Assembly (NCBI RefSeq): GCF_009834535.1
Contig: NC_045697.1
Location: 40,984,001 to 41,048,000 of the forward strand
DNA from: Camelus ferus
Lineage: Eukaryota
Direction of reading: 5' to 3'
Length of the DNA stretch: 64,000 nucleotides
Shown here: positions 27,646-40,161 of the stretch, piece by piece
How the letters are laid out: each line of letters opens with the position of its first letter
How positions within the stretch are numbered: position 1 is the first letter of the stretch
Position numbers and translations under genes: made by a program
Notes under the pieces: generated by a model
What the model saw: the letters and a program-made list of their open reading frames with translations, nothing else
Told to the model about the DNA's origin: nothing
The model's database searches: none

Positions 27646-29167
27646 TAAATTGCATGTATTCACTGTATCTATGAGATTGAAGGAAATGGTATGGATATAT
27701 CCTGATTTCCATAGGGATGTGAACTGACCTTTCATAACCTGAATAATGGATTTGAAGTACTAAGGGAGATGATTCCTCAGCCCTTGTATTTAGTTTTTAG
27801 GAAGGTAAGAATCTTTATTTGGAGCAAAACAAACACCACATGTCTGTTTAACAGGTCTGCACATTTTCCTTTGGAGTCACGAATATATGTCTGGAATGTT
27901 AAATGAAAATACCTGCTTTTTATTCCCATAATGATTAGAAAGAATTACTTAGCCAAAGAGAAACACTATTTATATTTGAGAGTCAAGCTGTAATTCTTGA
28001 AAAACAGGAAACCACATATCAACAGTGTACCATAGTAGAAAGGGCACCAGGCTTTGAGTCAGAGAGTCAAGTCACTTAACTTCTTCAACTCAATTTCCTG
28101 ATTTTAAAATGGAAAATGAACTCCAACTTCAGAGTTGCAATTAGGTTTAAATGATATGTCATGTGAAAGCCATGGGTAAACAGCTTTTGTGCTACATGAA
28201 TGTAAACTCTACCTTCATGGGCTCTTTCTCTTTCTTGATCTGGTGTTATCAGTTCCTCCAGTGCTTAGAGTACTGCCTGGCACATAGAAGATGCCCCATA
28301 GTTATAAGGTATTAGAAATGAATATGAGATATTATATTAATGATGTAATTGATGCCTCTGGGCTCCATGTGTCACAATCATCTCAGTCTTTTAATAAGAA
28401 AAAGTCACTCCAACTAGAAATCCTTAGTCATGTTTAAAATGGGCCAGATAATTTAAGAAAATCAGCTGATTTTCTTCCCCTGGAGAACACTACTGACGGA
28501 GCTCTGTCCTCAGGCATAAGACAGAAACTCCTATTAACAACCCTGATGGCCCTTGAGTCTCCTGGTCTGAAGTCTATCATAATCTCTTGTGCGTATACAG
28601 TCAAAAATAAAGGATATGTACCTACAAAGAACAAATACTTTATATTTACATCTGCAATGAGGTAGAATTTTAGTAAATGGATTTACAGGGTTTATGTAAT
28701 CGACTTTAATAAAATGTAAGATTCAATATAGCAAATATTAAATAAGCTACTACTGTGCATAAAAAAGTGACTGATAGAAAACCACTGTCAATATAATTTG
28801 GGAACAGAAATCACTGTTGAATTTATAATTTAATGAAAAAATATAACTTATTTACTAAACTTTTTATATTTATGGTAAAAGTGGTTCCTTAATTTGTACT
28901 CTCTCCAACACACTTTCTCAATCTCCTGAAAAATTAGTTAATGGTCTAGTCTTGAAATAGGGGAACTTTGGGCTTGTAGCTTCAACAAACATATCTAAGT
29001 CAGCAAATGAATTCAAGCTGAAGGGCTGCTTTCAGTGCACAGCTTCAACAGTAAAGAGAATATCCCAGCTATGTTGCCTATATCCTAAGGGACCTGGGCA
29101 GGGTATACTGCCCCCTATGTATGCTGTAACAATCCAGGTACTTATATATACATTAGTTCTACCTTTT

Positions 29168-29306
29168 ATTTTTATTTATGTATTTTTTTTGGTGAGGGGA
29201 GGTAATTAGGTTTTATTTTTGTTTTTGGAGCAGGTACTGGGGATTGAACCCAGGACCTTGTGTAGGCTAAGCATGCACTCTACCACTTGAGCTATACCCT
29301 CCCCCC
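29168..29306 (-). mobile_element. Vic-1-like SINE
   Basis: Perfect 14-bp TSD tagttctacctttt at 29154-29167 and 29307-29320. Confidence 0.92.
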
Positions 29307-29481
29307 TAGTTCTACCTTTTAACAAGTGAAAGCATTAAGGCCATTTCAAGACTTGGAATTTTACCAGTCAACTAACTTCCTAAAAGAATATGCAAGTATG
29401 TTTGATGAAAAAGCACAAATTACAGAGTTGAGCAGGAAACTTTCATTTGCTTCTTTAAAAATATGGAAAACAAGTTTGCCC

Positions 29482-29661
29482 TTTTTTCTTTTCTTTTTTT
29501 TTTCTTTCTTTCTTTTTTTTTTTTTTTTTTTTTTTTGAGAGGGGGTAAGGGAGAGAAGGTAATTAGGCTTTTTTTTTTTTTTAATGAAGGTACTGGGGAT
29601 GTTGAACCCAGGACCTTGTGCTTGCTACGCACACGCTCTGCCACTGAGCTATACTCTCCCC
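29482..29661 (-). mobile_element. Vic-1-like SINE with long polyT
   Basis: A and B boxes on the minus strand; TSD core aagtttgcc at 29472 and 29664. Confidence 0.9.
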
Positions 29662-31449
29662 TGAAGTTTGCCTTTTCTAAGCTTATTTTTTATCCATCTT
29701 TTCAACTCCCAAGGCAATATAACTTCCACTAAACAATCACGTGGCTACAGTGATTTGTAGAGGTTCCTAATAAAGATGCAACTCCTATATGTATCTTGAT
29801 TAAACAGTACTCTTCAAATATAATTCAAAACCAAATTAAGCAAATATCTTAATCAATAAAAAAGGTAGCTATTAGTTCCACCAACTCGTTGCAAAATTCG
29901 GTTAACCAATAGGAAACAGAAGAGAAAGCCAGTTTTGATGTAGTCTAACTACATACTGGCTTATAGCCCCACAGTGAAATACTGACTTCTGGTGGCAAAA
30001 AATGCATGTGTACTCTGCATCTGGCAGGAGAAAGCAATGTTGAAAAATCACCTGGATTTTACTGTTGCCATAAATTCTCAGTCTCTTGATGATTTTTGTA
30101 TTCTAAATTAACACATTATGAGTCTTCAAAATCACATTTTTACACAGTTAAGTAAATACCAAATGCCAAAGACTACAGAAATTCAATTGCTACAGTGAAT
30201 AAAACATATTAACTCTGATGTATAGCAGTTCATTTTCTTCCTGTAAGTAGAAAGGAAAGAGTTCACATCCCCAGCCTCATCATTCCTGCAAGTTCTATTT
30301 AGAAATGGAAGGAGGGGGAGGGAAGTCCCCAATATCTTTTTTTTTTCACAGCGTTGTGTCCCACTCTTCAATACCTCTTCGTCTTAAAGTGACCAAATCT
30401 GTTCCAAATACTTTCTTTGGTACCCTCCCTCCTAAATTAGCTGAATTCAGATTAGTCTTCTCAGTTTTAAGTACTAGTTATCTATTTTCCGGCTTTCTCT
30501 TAGTCTCTTTTCATATTCTCTTGGGTAATTATCCTTCAGTTCTCTCCATCCACTTAGGCATATTTATCTTCAAATACAATTCTTTCCAACACTGGCAAGA
30601 GACACCATCTTTAAATAAAACAGGCGAATCATCCAGAATTTTCAACCCTCCTGTGAATTCATTTCCAGAGTATTCACTCAAGGAATCCTTTCCACTAAAG
30701 ATGAAAGGCAAGCTAAGGAAATACATTAGACAGAGGAAGTAAACATTGAAACAGGGCCATGCCTAGGTATTCTTAAGTCTCTGAGCAGAATTAGACTCTC
30801 AAGTCCAAAGGTTTTCTCGTGTCTTCCATCCTCACTAAGTCTAACCCCACGTAGGTTCAGGAGAGATGTTCCACTACAGACCCTACCATCTACCACTTCT
30901 GCATGACCTTGCTCTGATATAATCTGGCACAAGCAAAATCCCCCAAACTCTCAGGCCGGTCCCTTGCCTGAGGTTTCTGTGCCTCAATTACTAAGCTCAC
31001 CTTGCAACCGTCCCAGGGGACACTGGATCTTCGCCTTAACGTGCGCTTTCGCCTTTAAAAGTTTTAAATGTCTGGCTTCTCGATGGTACGTAATCCCCCA
31101 CCCACCCCCGCCTCCAACGTGCACCAACACAGCTAAAAGGACCCTATCCCACCCTTTAAAAAACAAAATTTCGTCTGCAAGATCTTCCCCCACCGCCCAC
31201 CTTCATCGCCCCCTCCTCAATAGAGAAGGGCTCCCGGAAGATTCGGACACAACTCCACCTCCAAAGCCAAGGGTCTTCCTGAGAAATTTGCACAACAATA
31301 CGGGGTCTGTGTGTAAACTCCGAGAAGACTAACCTAGGAGGAAATTATCAAGACCCTCGAAGGTCCCTCGCAGCTTCATTAACGTAACCACCGTTACAGT
31401 GAAGTAAAGTATGATTCCTGTAACCCTCCAATTCCTCTCCCTTTTAAAT

Positions 31450-32680
31450 TGCCGACCCCTGCGCTCGCAAAGTCGGAGGGCCGGCGTGCGGCAGAGGATC
31501 AGTCACCAAGAAAAAAATTATCATCAAGGGAAATTAACCAGTTCCACGTTCTGCAGATGCCGTCTCCCTCTGCGCCAGGGGCAAGTCCCAGAAGGTGCCT
31601 CCAACTTTTCCCCTCCCTCTCTAGAGGCTGCGGACCACCGACGGACGCCTCCATCTGAGTTACAGTTTGATAGGATTGGAATCACTGATCTCTCTCTATA
31701 AGACGCAAGGGGGAGGGGTGACCGTGTTGTGGGGGAGGTGATTCGGAATGGGGGAAAGAAAAGCACCATTTTATCCCCCGGAGAAACTTCTGGGATTCTT
31801 CTATTACGCAACCTGGGGACCAGGTTCCAACAACAGAACATTTTTCCGCAAAACGCCGGGCGCACAGGCAGACGTCTGATTTTGGGAAGGGGCAGAGTGG
31901 GAGGAGGATGGGTCTCTTCCTGTGTTCCCCTCCCCAGTTTTTCTAGACGCTACCTGCAGCGGATTTGTAAGTGAGGGCGGTACGAGCTCTGCGTTTCCTT
32001 CGCCGGTTCTCCCCGAAGGTTCCCACCGGAAAAGTGGGAACGCCAGCGACTTGAGTCAGCGTGCTGGGAAGCCGGCAGCTAGGCGGGAGAGCCTGGGCTT
32101 CCCAGAAGTCAGCGGCCGCGGAGCCTGGGCCAGGGCTGACCCCCAACCCGAGGCTGGGCGCAGGACTCACTTACCTTCCAGACCCTTAGTCCTCCAGTCT
32201 CGGCTCGTGCGCCCTCGCCGCCTCCGCCCGCCCCAGACCTGTTGCGGTGGGGAAGGGGCGCGGGTGCGGAGAGCGCAGGGGAGCGCGTGCTCCCGAGGCT
32301 CAGCGGCGGCTCGCGCGGGACTCGGCTTCCAGCCGCGGAGGCGAGAACGCAGCTGTGCCAGCGACGCGCGCAGGCAGCGGCCGAGTGCGCAGGGGCCGCG
32401 CGCTCGTCCGCTTGCTGGTTGGCAAGCTCCGCGCGCCGGCGGCCCCGGAACGCCCGGTAGGCGAGGCCACACCCTCCCCCAGGAGGCCACGCCCCCTCCC
32501 GCTCTTCCCCGGCCCACGCCCTCTAGCTGGCGCCACCCAGATGGAGAGGAACAGCGCGGCCCTCCCCGGGAGACCAGTGGGAGGATCGAGGGCGAGCAGC
32601 CGCTCCGGATGGAATACTGCAGTGACCGCACCGACAGCGTGGGTGACCCTGCCCCGGGCTGCTGTGGGGCACAAGAACCC
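31450..32680. promoter_or_regulatory. CpG-island promoter of AFF1 (probably bidirectional)
   Basis: The only strongly GC- and CpG-rich block in the window. SP/KLF boxes (ccacgcccc ~32487, cccacgccc ~32513) and an AP-1 site tgagtca at 32052; surrounds the exon 1 donor. Confidence 0.9.
32175..32410 (-). other. AFF1: AFF1 non-coding exon 1 (5' end approximate)
   Basis: Consensus donor GAAG|gtaagt at 32174 inside the CpG island, 11.5 kb upstream of exon 2 on the same strand. No ATG in 32175-32420 on the minus strand. The TSS position is estimated. Confidence 0.8.
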
Positions 32681-33834
32681 TTTCGCTTTACAGAGAGATT
32701 AAGCTCAGGGTCAAGTTCTGACTAAAAGTGTCAAGAAGTCTTTTTGCAATCTCCTACACAGTTGAAGGAGATTCTGTGCCCTTTAAAGGAGATAGTAACT
32801 AACATTATAGAGAGCTATACGTTTTATAAAGGGCTTTTACACACAGGCTCATCTCATCTTCACAGTAACTTTCTAAAACAGACAAATTATTGCGACCATT
32901 TCCCAAATAATGAAACGGAAGAGCTGAAAATAACTATAAAGTATTTTGCCCAATATCACAGGCTAAAAAAAATGGCATGGGAAACCAGGTCTCCTGAATC
33001 CAGCCTTCCGGTTCTTTCTCTTCACCAGCCCAACCCTAGAAAATTCTAGTGGGTATATGGGCTTTGGCAAACAGATCCAAAAGAGGAAGGGAAACCTAAT
33101 GTCTGGTTAAGTTGCTACCCGATCCCTTTTACCAACATACCAGGAAAGCACCATGCTGAGTTCTTTGCCTCTCTCACCTCGTCCCCCGAAAGAGATGCAG
33201 AAAGATTGCATCAAATGGCCCAGACAGGCTTTTCCCCCCAACATCTAAATGGTTTAAAATGGGTGAAATTATTTGGATGAAGAAAATCACCTTACTCAAA
33301 TGCAATGTAAATGTAAATAAATGTAGTATATGAAAATAACCTCCTTCCGTGCCCTTTATGTTCTTTCTCCTTCATTTTTTACTTTTTTGTTGTTGTTGCT
33401 GTTGCTTTGCCCCTCAAGACTCCTTCATTGTCTACATGAATATTGTTTGAAAACCCAATCGATAGATCTTTGCATTTCCAAATTAAACTCTTGGCTACTT
33501 GACTTAATTTCCCATGGATTGTTTTCCAAAATATAACTTCTCTCTAAGCTTCTGTGATGATAGCGATTTGATTTACCTTAACGTGTAAAATAATTAAGGT
33601 GCCCCTGATAAGGTCTGGTGTGCCTCCAGATGAAACCTTTGGCGGTCTTCCCTGGACAGGGTGGGACAGGAGTCACCCCTGACAGATGTATGTTTGCACA
33701 TTTCTTAAAGGTTTCTAACAGATTGATATCTATTCTAATCATAACAAATATTTTAATCTTCTTGTTATGGAATTAATGCATCTCACTGTAAAATATACAT
33801 CAGCCTAGTCATCATTTATAATCTGAAGGTTTTG

Positions 33835-34061
33835 AACTATATTCAATATCTTGTAATAACCTATAATGGAAAAGAATCTGAAAAAGAATATATATTGGGA
33901 AAACTGGACAGCAGCATGTAAATCAATGTAGCTAGAACACTCCCTTCCACCATACACAAAAATAAACTCAAAATGGATCAAAGAATATATATACATATAA
34001 ATCACTTTCTTGTACACCTGAAACTAACACATTGTAAATCAAATATACTTCAATTTTTTTT
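33835..34061 (+). mobile_element. L1 3' end carrying an internal 84-nt L1 ORF2 insert
   Basis: Same 3'UTR as 37795-37923; flanking duplication taatctgaagg at 33819 and 34062; insert at 33896-33979. Confidence 0.85.
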
Positions 34062-37000
34062 TAATCTGAAGGGTTTTACCTCTCCTATCTGAAACTTTTT
34101 CCTATCTTCTGTTCCTTATCCTATAATACCTCCTGATACATTCAAACTGTAGTCAATTTAGTAAATGATGTCGACAGTCAAAGTTTGATCATTTTATGTT
34201 ACTGCTTTTGGAACTGAGGGATGTAATTTTGTAAAACTTTTTAGTTGAAGATGGTGCAGCTTTGGTTCAAAGAAGAGATCATTCCATTTATAGGAATATT
34301 TTTAAGGCAATGTGCTGGGTGATGGGTCATATCAGTGACAAAGACAGAACTCCTGTTCTCCTGAGATTCCAGTGCCTTGTGGAATCAGGTGAATAAATAA
34401 TTTGAATGCACACGTCTATTGATTAATTTCCAGAAAGGTGCTAAGTTATTTTAAAACATGTAAATTAAAACTAATTTTCTTATACTAAGTAAAGAAAAAG
34501 CAGATAGTCATTCCAGTGAGGTTTTTTTTTAAGATGCTTTTCTGCCTTTTCTCCAGGTTACATTATATAAGCGGTTAATAAGCAGGCTACTTTAAATAAT
34601 GATTATACCATATGTAAATTTTCAAAAAAAAATGACAAAAAAGAAAAGTAATCATGCAATAGAGATGCAGAGATATTTCACTTTATTAGCTATAATTTCC
34701 TCTATCTTCTTTATTATAAGAATTCTTAAATTACATTTTTAGCTCACTCAATGAAATTCTAGCACTTTCTTAATCCTGACAACCTGGTCACTTATTTCTG
34801 ATTATGTTTCCTGCTGAGGTGAAGCATGTCTCTGACATCAGTGATCTTTTCCACAACAGAACTGGAAAAAAATTTTTTTCCCCTTAATACAGCTATGGTA
34901 CTTTTTCAGCTGCCTCTTCATGTAAGGACACCTGGGATGTTAGTTACCTGGCAATTTTCAGCCATGATTTTACTTAAATTTTGAAGACAAACAAGTGAAT
35001 CCCCTGGGTCTCATAGACACTCATGGACTGTATTCTCAGAGCTCCTGAAGTGTACAAGGGGGCAGGAACACATGTTAAGATTGAGACTCGGGGGCGGGGG
35101 GGAATGTGCCTGCATCACCACCCTGACAACCTCTTGTTTGGCCAGCCTGAAGTACTCCTAAATTCTGCAGTCAGCAAGACCTGAGTATTTTAAACCAGCA
35201 GTTTAAATTATTTTATTCCTGAAACTACTGCATGTATGTTTCAAAGAGAATGAATTTCTTCAAAGTGTAAAAAAATCCTTACCAAGTTGGTAAATAAAAC
35301 CTAATCAAATTCTAATCAGAGCATAAAACTTGTGGGGGAAAAAAAAAAAAAAAAGCAACCAACCCAGAGTTGGGATAAAGAGGTGTAGATGAGGAGAGGA
35401 GGCCAGTGAGGAGAGAGGAGGAAGGATTGGCCTAAGCCAGGTAAAGGGCAGTGGAGGAAGGGCCACTTCCCAAAAAAGAACACAAAGAGAGAGGGGGAGT
35501 AGGACCTCCAGGCAAAGATTACGATAAGAAATAAGACAGGAAAGGGCAACTGGAAATTGATGGTGAAGGGCCCTATGTGCCAACCTAGGGAGTTTTCTTT
35601 TCATCCTAAGTGCACTGGGTAGGAGACTGATTTGATCAGGTTGCATTTAGGACTACTGTGGCTGCCATATGAAAATCAACAGGAGACAGGAAGGCTATGG
35701 AAGAAGTGTGGAGAACTGGGCAGAGACTGTAGGCAGACACAGAAACTCCTAGTTTTACATCTTTCTTTGGGAGGCAGATAAGCAAATGTAAACCTGCTAT
35801 CTTTTGCTGCAAGAAGAACTAAATGCACAATTATTATAATTAAAATTCATGTATTTTATCATGAACACTTTGTGGAAAACATGGTTCCTAGTGACCTGAC
35901 ATCACTTTTTCAGTACAATATGTTTCAGATTGTGTGTGAGTTTTTACTTATTGCTACTACACACCACTTCCCAATCCCAGTGGAGATTATGAATATTTTT
36001 TAGTCATGTGATAGTGCTGTTAAATTAATTTCATATTTAAAGTAGTAACTTGGAAAATTGCAGTGAATCTGGAGCAAAAGAACATGAGTACAAATCCATA
36101 TTTTTCTCTAAAGAAATGAACTTAGGGGTTTAACTGAATGTCTACAATTTACCAGACATTTCACACATATATATTTTTTAATCCCCTTGAAAACATTTGC
36201 ATAGTTCTAGTTAATGTATAAAGGAGGAATCAACTCAGAGAGATAATTCACCTCTATTATGATTATATAGCAAATAAATAGCAGTGACAGTATTTGAACT
36301 TAGCTCTTTTGTGGCTCAAGGTTATGTTTTCACCACTATCAGCATTAGATTAGTATAAATACCCAAACTATATCCCAACCGTAATGTCTATTACACTTAA
36401 ATCCACATCAGCAAGCCCAAGGGAGTTAGCAATGGGTTTTCATTCTGACAGTTACATCTGGAGGGTTAAATAGGAAGATGATAAATAAACTGAGGGATTA
36501 TGGGAAAGCCAAATAGTTGGAAAATGAAAAAGAGAAAGAAATAACATGCAGAGCCAGAATATAAGAGCCAAGTTATGGTCCCCCAGTGGGAGCAGGGACT
36601 GGGGGTAAAAGCACCCTACTGAATGTCTCAAAGAGGCAGAAAAAATGGCTACAGTAGTTTATCAAAGTGTCACCAGAAATAACTAGAGCTTTGAAAAAAT
36701 CTGTTTCTTCAGGCAAAGACTTTGTTTAAAGGAGGCACTACAGGCTGAAAGAGCAACCTCAGGAACAGTTTTGGGGTGGACCTGCAAACTCAGGGCGATT
36801 GCTAGGAAAGGAGAATTTAATAAGTAGTTTTTTAAAATACGAAGTACTACAAGTAAAACACCAATGATTAATATGTATAAAAGTTAAATGATATTAAATA
36901 TGAATGCCAAAAAAAAAAAAAGAAAATCTCCCTAAAGACTATGGCACAACTTTAAGAATTTAATACTATGGTTCACTCAATCCATATCACTCTTCTAAGT

Positions 37001-37213
37001 TCTAGACTATCACCCTCATTTGTTTGCAGGAAATTTCACCAGGGTCGTCACACAGGCAGAGCAAACTCAGCATATGTAGTAAGAAACTCATAGTTTTTCA
37101 CTCTGTCCATTTATTCTTCCAAAACCCACCCAATGCAATTCCTCCTATTTTGTTATGAACTTTTGCTGCTGGTACCATTATAGACCCAGGATTCAGGTTC
37201 AAATGTCCATTTC

Positions 37214-38350
37214 CAAGGGAACCCTCCTACATCATTGGTGGGAATGTAAATTGGTGTAGCCACTATGGAGAACAGTATGGAGGTTCCTTAAAAAATTAAA
37301 AATAGGGTTAGTATATGATCCAGCAATCCCACTCCTGGGCATATATCTGGAAAAGATGAAAACTCTAATTCAAAAAGATACATGCACCTCAATGTTCATA
37401 ACAGCACAATTTATAATAGCCAACACATGAAAACAACCTAAATGTCCATTGACAGGTGAATACATAAAGATGTGGTATATATATATTACTCAGCCACAAA
37501 AAAGAATGAAATAATGCCATTAGCAGCAACATGGATGGACCTAGAGATTATCATACTAAGTGAAGTAAGTCAGACAGAGAAAGACAAATATCATATTATA
37601 TCACTTATATGTGAAATCTGAAAAAATGACACAAATGAACTTATTTACAAAATAAATATAGACTCAAACGTAGAAAACAAACTTATGGTTAACAAAGGGG
37701 AAAGAGGTGATAAATTAGGAATTTGGGATTAACAGATACACACTGCTATATATAAAACAGATAAGCAAGGGCCTACGCATAGCACAGGGAATGATATTCA
37801 ACATCTTGTAATAACCTATAATGGAAAAAGAATCTGAAGAAGAATACAAATATACACACATATATATATAAATCACTTTGCTGCACACCTGAAACTAACA
37901 ACATTGTAAATTAACTATACTTCTGTTACTGGGAAAAGGGAAATAAGAACTACCTCGGTTCTTAGTCACCCAAAAAAAAGATTTTTGACGAGAGACAAAA
38001 AGTGTGATATAAGCAAGATTCTTATTAGTGAAGTTAAAAAAATAGTGGAAGATAGTCCACTCCTGGGAATTGGAAGCAGGCTGATCCAAGAGAGGAAAAA
38101 TGGCACTGTTCCTTTGTTTTTCCTCTTTTTATATTCTGGTTTCTTGATTGACTGACTGATTAATTGATTGATTGACAATCCAGGTTCCCTGTGCTCTGGT
38201 TGATTGACAGCTCAGGTTCCTTGTGTTCTGGATTGTTCCTTTCCCCTTCCTCTCCCCCTGCCCAGTGCTCATTTCTATCTCAACTACCTAACACTTCCAT
38301 TTAAGAAGTAAATAAAAATAAATAAACACATAAAAAAATAAAATAAAACA
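37214..38350 (+). mobile_element. L1 3' region (ORF2 end + 3'UTR + polyA), interrupted near its end by a solo LTR
   Basis: ggtgggaatgtaaattggtgtagccactatggagaacagtatggagg...atggatggacctagagattatcatactaagtgaagtaagtcagacagagaaagacaaata; tail resumes at 38298. Confidence 0.9.
37924..38293 (-). mobile_element. Solo LTR, ERV1 (gamma-like)
   Basis: TG...CA termini; 4-bp TSD cttc at 37920-37923 and 38294-38297; TATAAA on the minus strand at 38133-38128; U3 direct repeats. Confidence 0.85.
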
Positions 38351-38616
38351 CAAAATATAGAAAACTAACTTTATTACATTAATGAAATTGAAGTTTATCA
38401 ATTATCAAAAAAAGTCCATTACTTACCAAGTCATGGTTAACTTTGCTTTTAAATATCCCCCTTTCCTACAAGTTCCCTTCCTGTTTTTGTTTCATTTCTC
38501 CATTCTTTCACTTAATAGCTACTAAGTGTCAGGTACTAATTCTGTTCAATTCTGGGGCTATAAAGACAAGTAAGAGACGGTCCTTGTTCTTGGAGATTTC
38601 ACATCTAGAAGGAGAG

Positions 38617-39163
38617 TGTCGAAGGCAGAATTCTAAGATGGCCCAGAAGATTCCCACTTCTGGTGTGTATTTGCTATTTAATTTCCTCTCTGCGTGTGAG
38701 TGAGTCTGACCTAATCGAGTGAGTTCTTTTTAAATGGAAACTCTAGGGGCCAAAGAAGGAGGAAGTCAGAGAGATTTGAAGCTATAGCAGATACTCTCCT
38801 TTGGCCTTGAAGGACCAAATCGTACGTTGTACGAGGGCCACATAACAAGGATCTGAGAGTGGCCTCTAGATACTGAGAGGTCTTTGGCTACCACTTGGCA
38901 AAGAAATAGGAACCTCAGTCATACAACTGCCAGGAAATGAATTCTGTCAAGGGAACTTGGAAATAGATCTTTCCCAGTAAAGCCTCCAAATGAGGGAAGA
39001 TACAGCTGGACATCTCGATTTCAGCCTGGTGAGATCCTGAGCAGTGGACCCAGGTGAAGCGCGCTGGCCTTCTGTCTTACAGAAACTGTGAGGTACTAAA
39101 TGGGTGTCGTTTTAGGCTGTAAGGCTTATGGTGCTTTGTTACGCAGTGATAGAAAACTAATAC
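38617..39163 (+). mobile_element. MaLR LTR (MLT1 family)
   Basis: ggcagaattctaagatggccc...cagtcatacaactgccaggaaatgaattctg...tttgttacgcagtgatagaaaactaatac. Confidence 0.8.
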
Positions 39164-39535
39164 GGAGAGATAAACGAATAAACAGATCATTGTTACTCAG
39201 TCTGCTTACTGCTTTGGTAGAGGCATGCATAAGGATGCTATTAGAATCTAGCCAGGGGCATCTAACAAACACTGATGGACTACGGAAAGGCATCCTGCCA
39301 GAAGCAGACCCCAAGATGAATCATGAAGGGAAAGACAGAGTGGGGGGAATGTGTATGACTGGGGAGGAAACAATGCTATGTGCGCAGAGGGAGCTAAATA
39401 TGCACAGGTCCTGGAGTAATAGAGTTCATGGTGAATTTCAGAAACTAGAAATACTTCAATATGTCTACAGTTAAAGGAAGGATAGTAAAAGATAAAGATA
39501 GAGATGTGAGAAAGTGTAATTTAAAAAAGCAGCAC

Positions 39536-39652
39536 GAGGGGGACGGTATAGCTCAGTGGTAGAGCGTGTGCTTAGCATACATGCAGTCCTGGGTTCAATT
39601 CCCAGTACCTCCATTAAACAAATAAATAAATAAATCTAATTACACCCCCCCA
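39536..39652 (+). mobile_element. Vic-1-like SINE
   Basis: ggtatagctcagtggtagagcgtgtgcttagcat...gggttcaattcccagtacctcca plus the family tail. Confidence 0.9.
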
Positions 39653-40161
39653 TTTTTTTTTAATAGCGCTTACCATTTACAGGTTGTATACTATGTCCAG
39701 TGTGTAATCTCAACCAAGATGTTCACAGTAACCCTGAGTGATGTACCCAAGTGTGCTGGTTAGTTGCTCGTTTGCCTCAAATCCAGTCTCTGCTCTTCTT
39801 CTACTCTGCTGTGAGTCACAAGGGGTTGATTCTTGCAAACCACCTTTTCCAGGCTTTTTGCGGGAAACCAGCTTCTGGCGGGGTTTGGCCAATGAATGGC
39901 ACTGGGAGGAGACTCCTGGGTACTACTCTTCTGTCTCTGCTCTGAGCAATGGCTCTGACCCAGTGGCTGCCCCACCTCCCTAAGCGCTAGCTCTCACAGA
40001 CCCTGAGGCTTGGCTTTGCCTCCTGAGCTCCAGTAACACCGTGTCTTCCCTTGGTCACAGCCTTGGGTGTGGCTGTTCGTGGCTTCCTGTAGTTGCTTAA
40101 TCCCTGGGTAACCTCACCTTTCCCTGTTGGGTCTAAGTATGTACCTTTTAACTAGTTCCCT

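Noticed and set aside
31922..32725. Long overlapping ORFs in the CpG island (267 aa +, 154 aa -, 151 aa +, 124 aa -)
   Set aside because: R/P/G/A-rich products open in several frames on both strands, as expected from stop-codon depletion in GC-rich DNA. The 154-aa ORF reads through the exon 1 donor.
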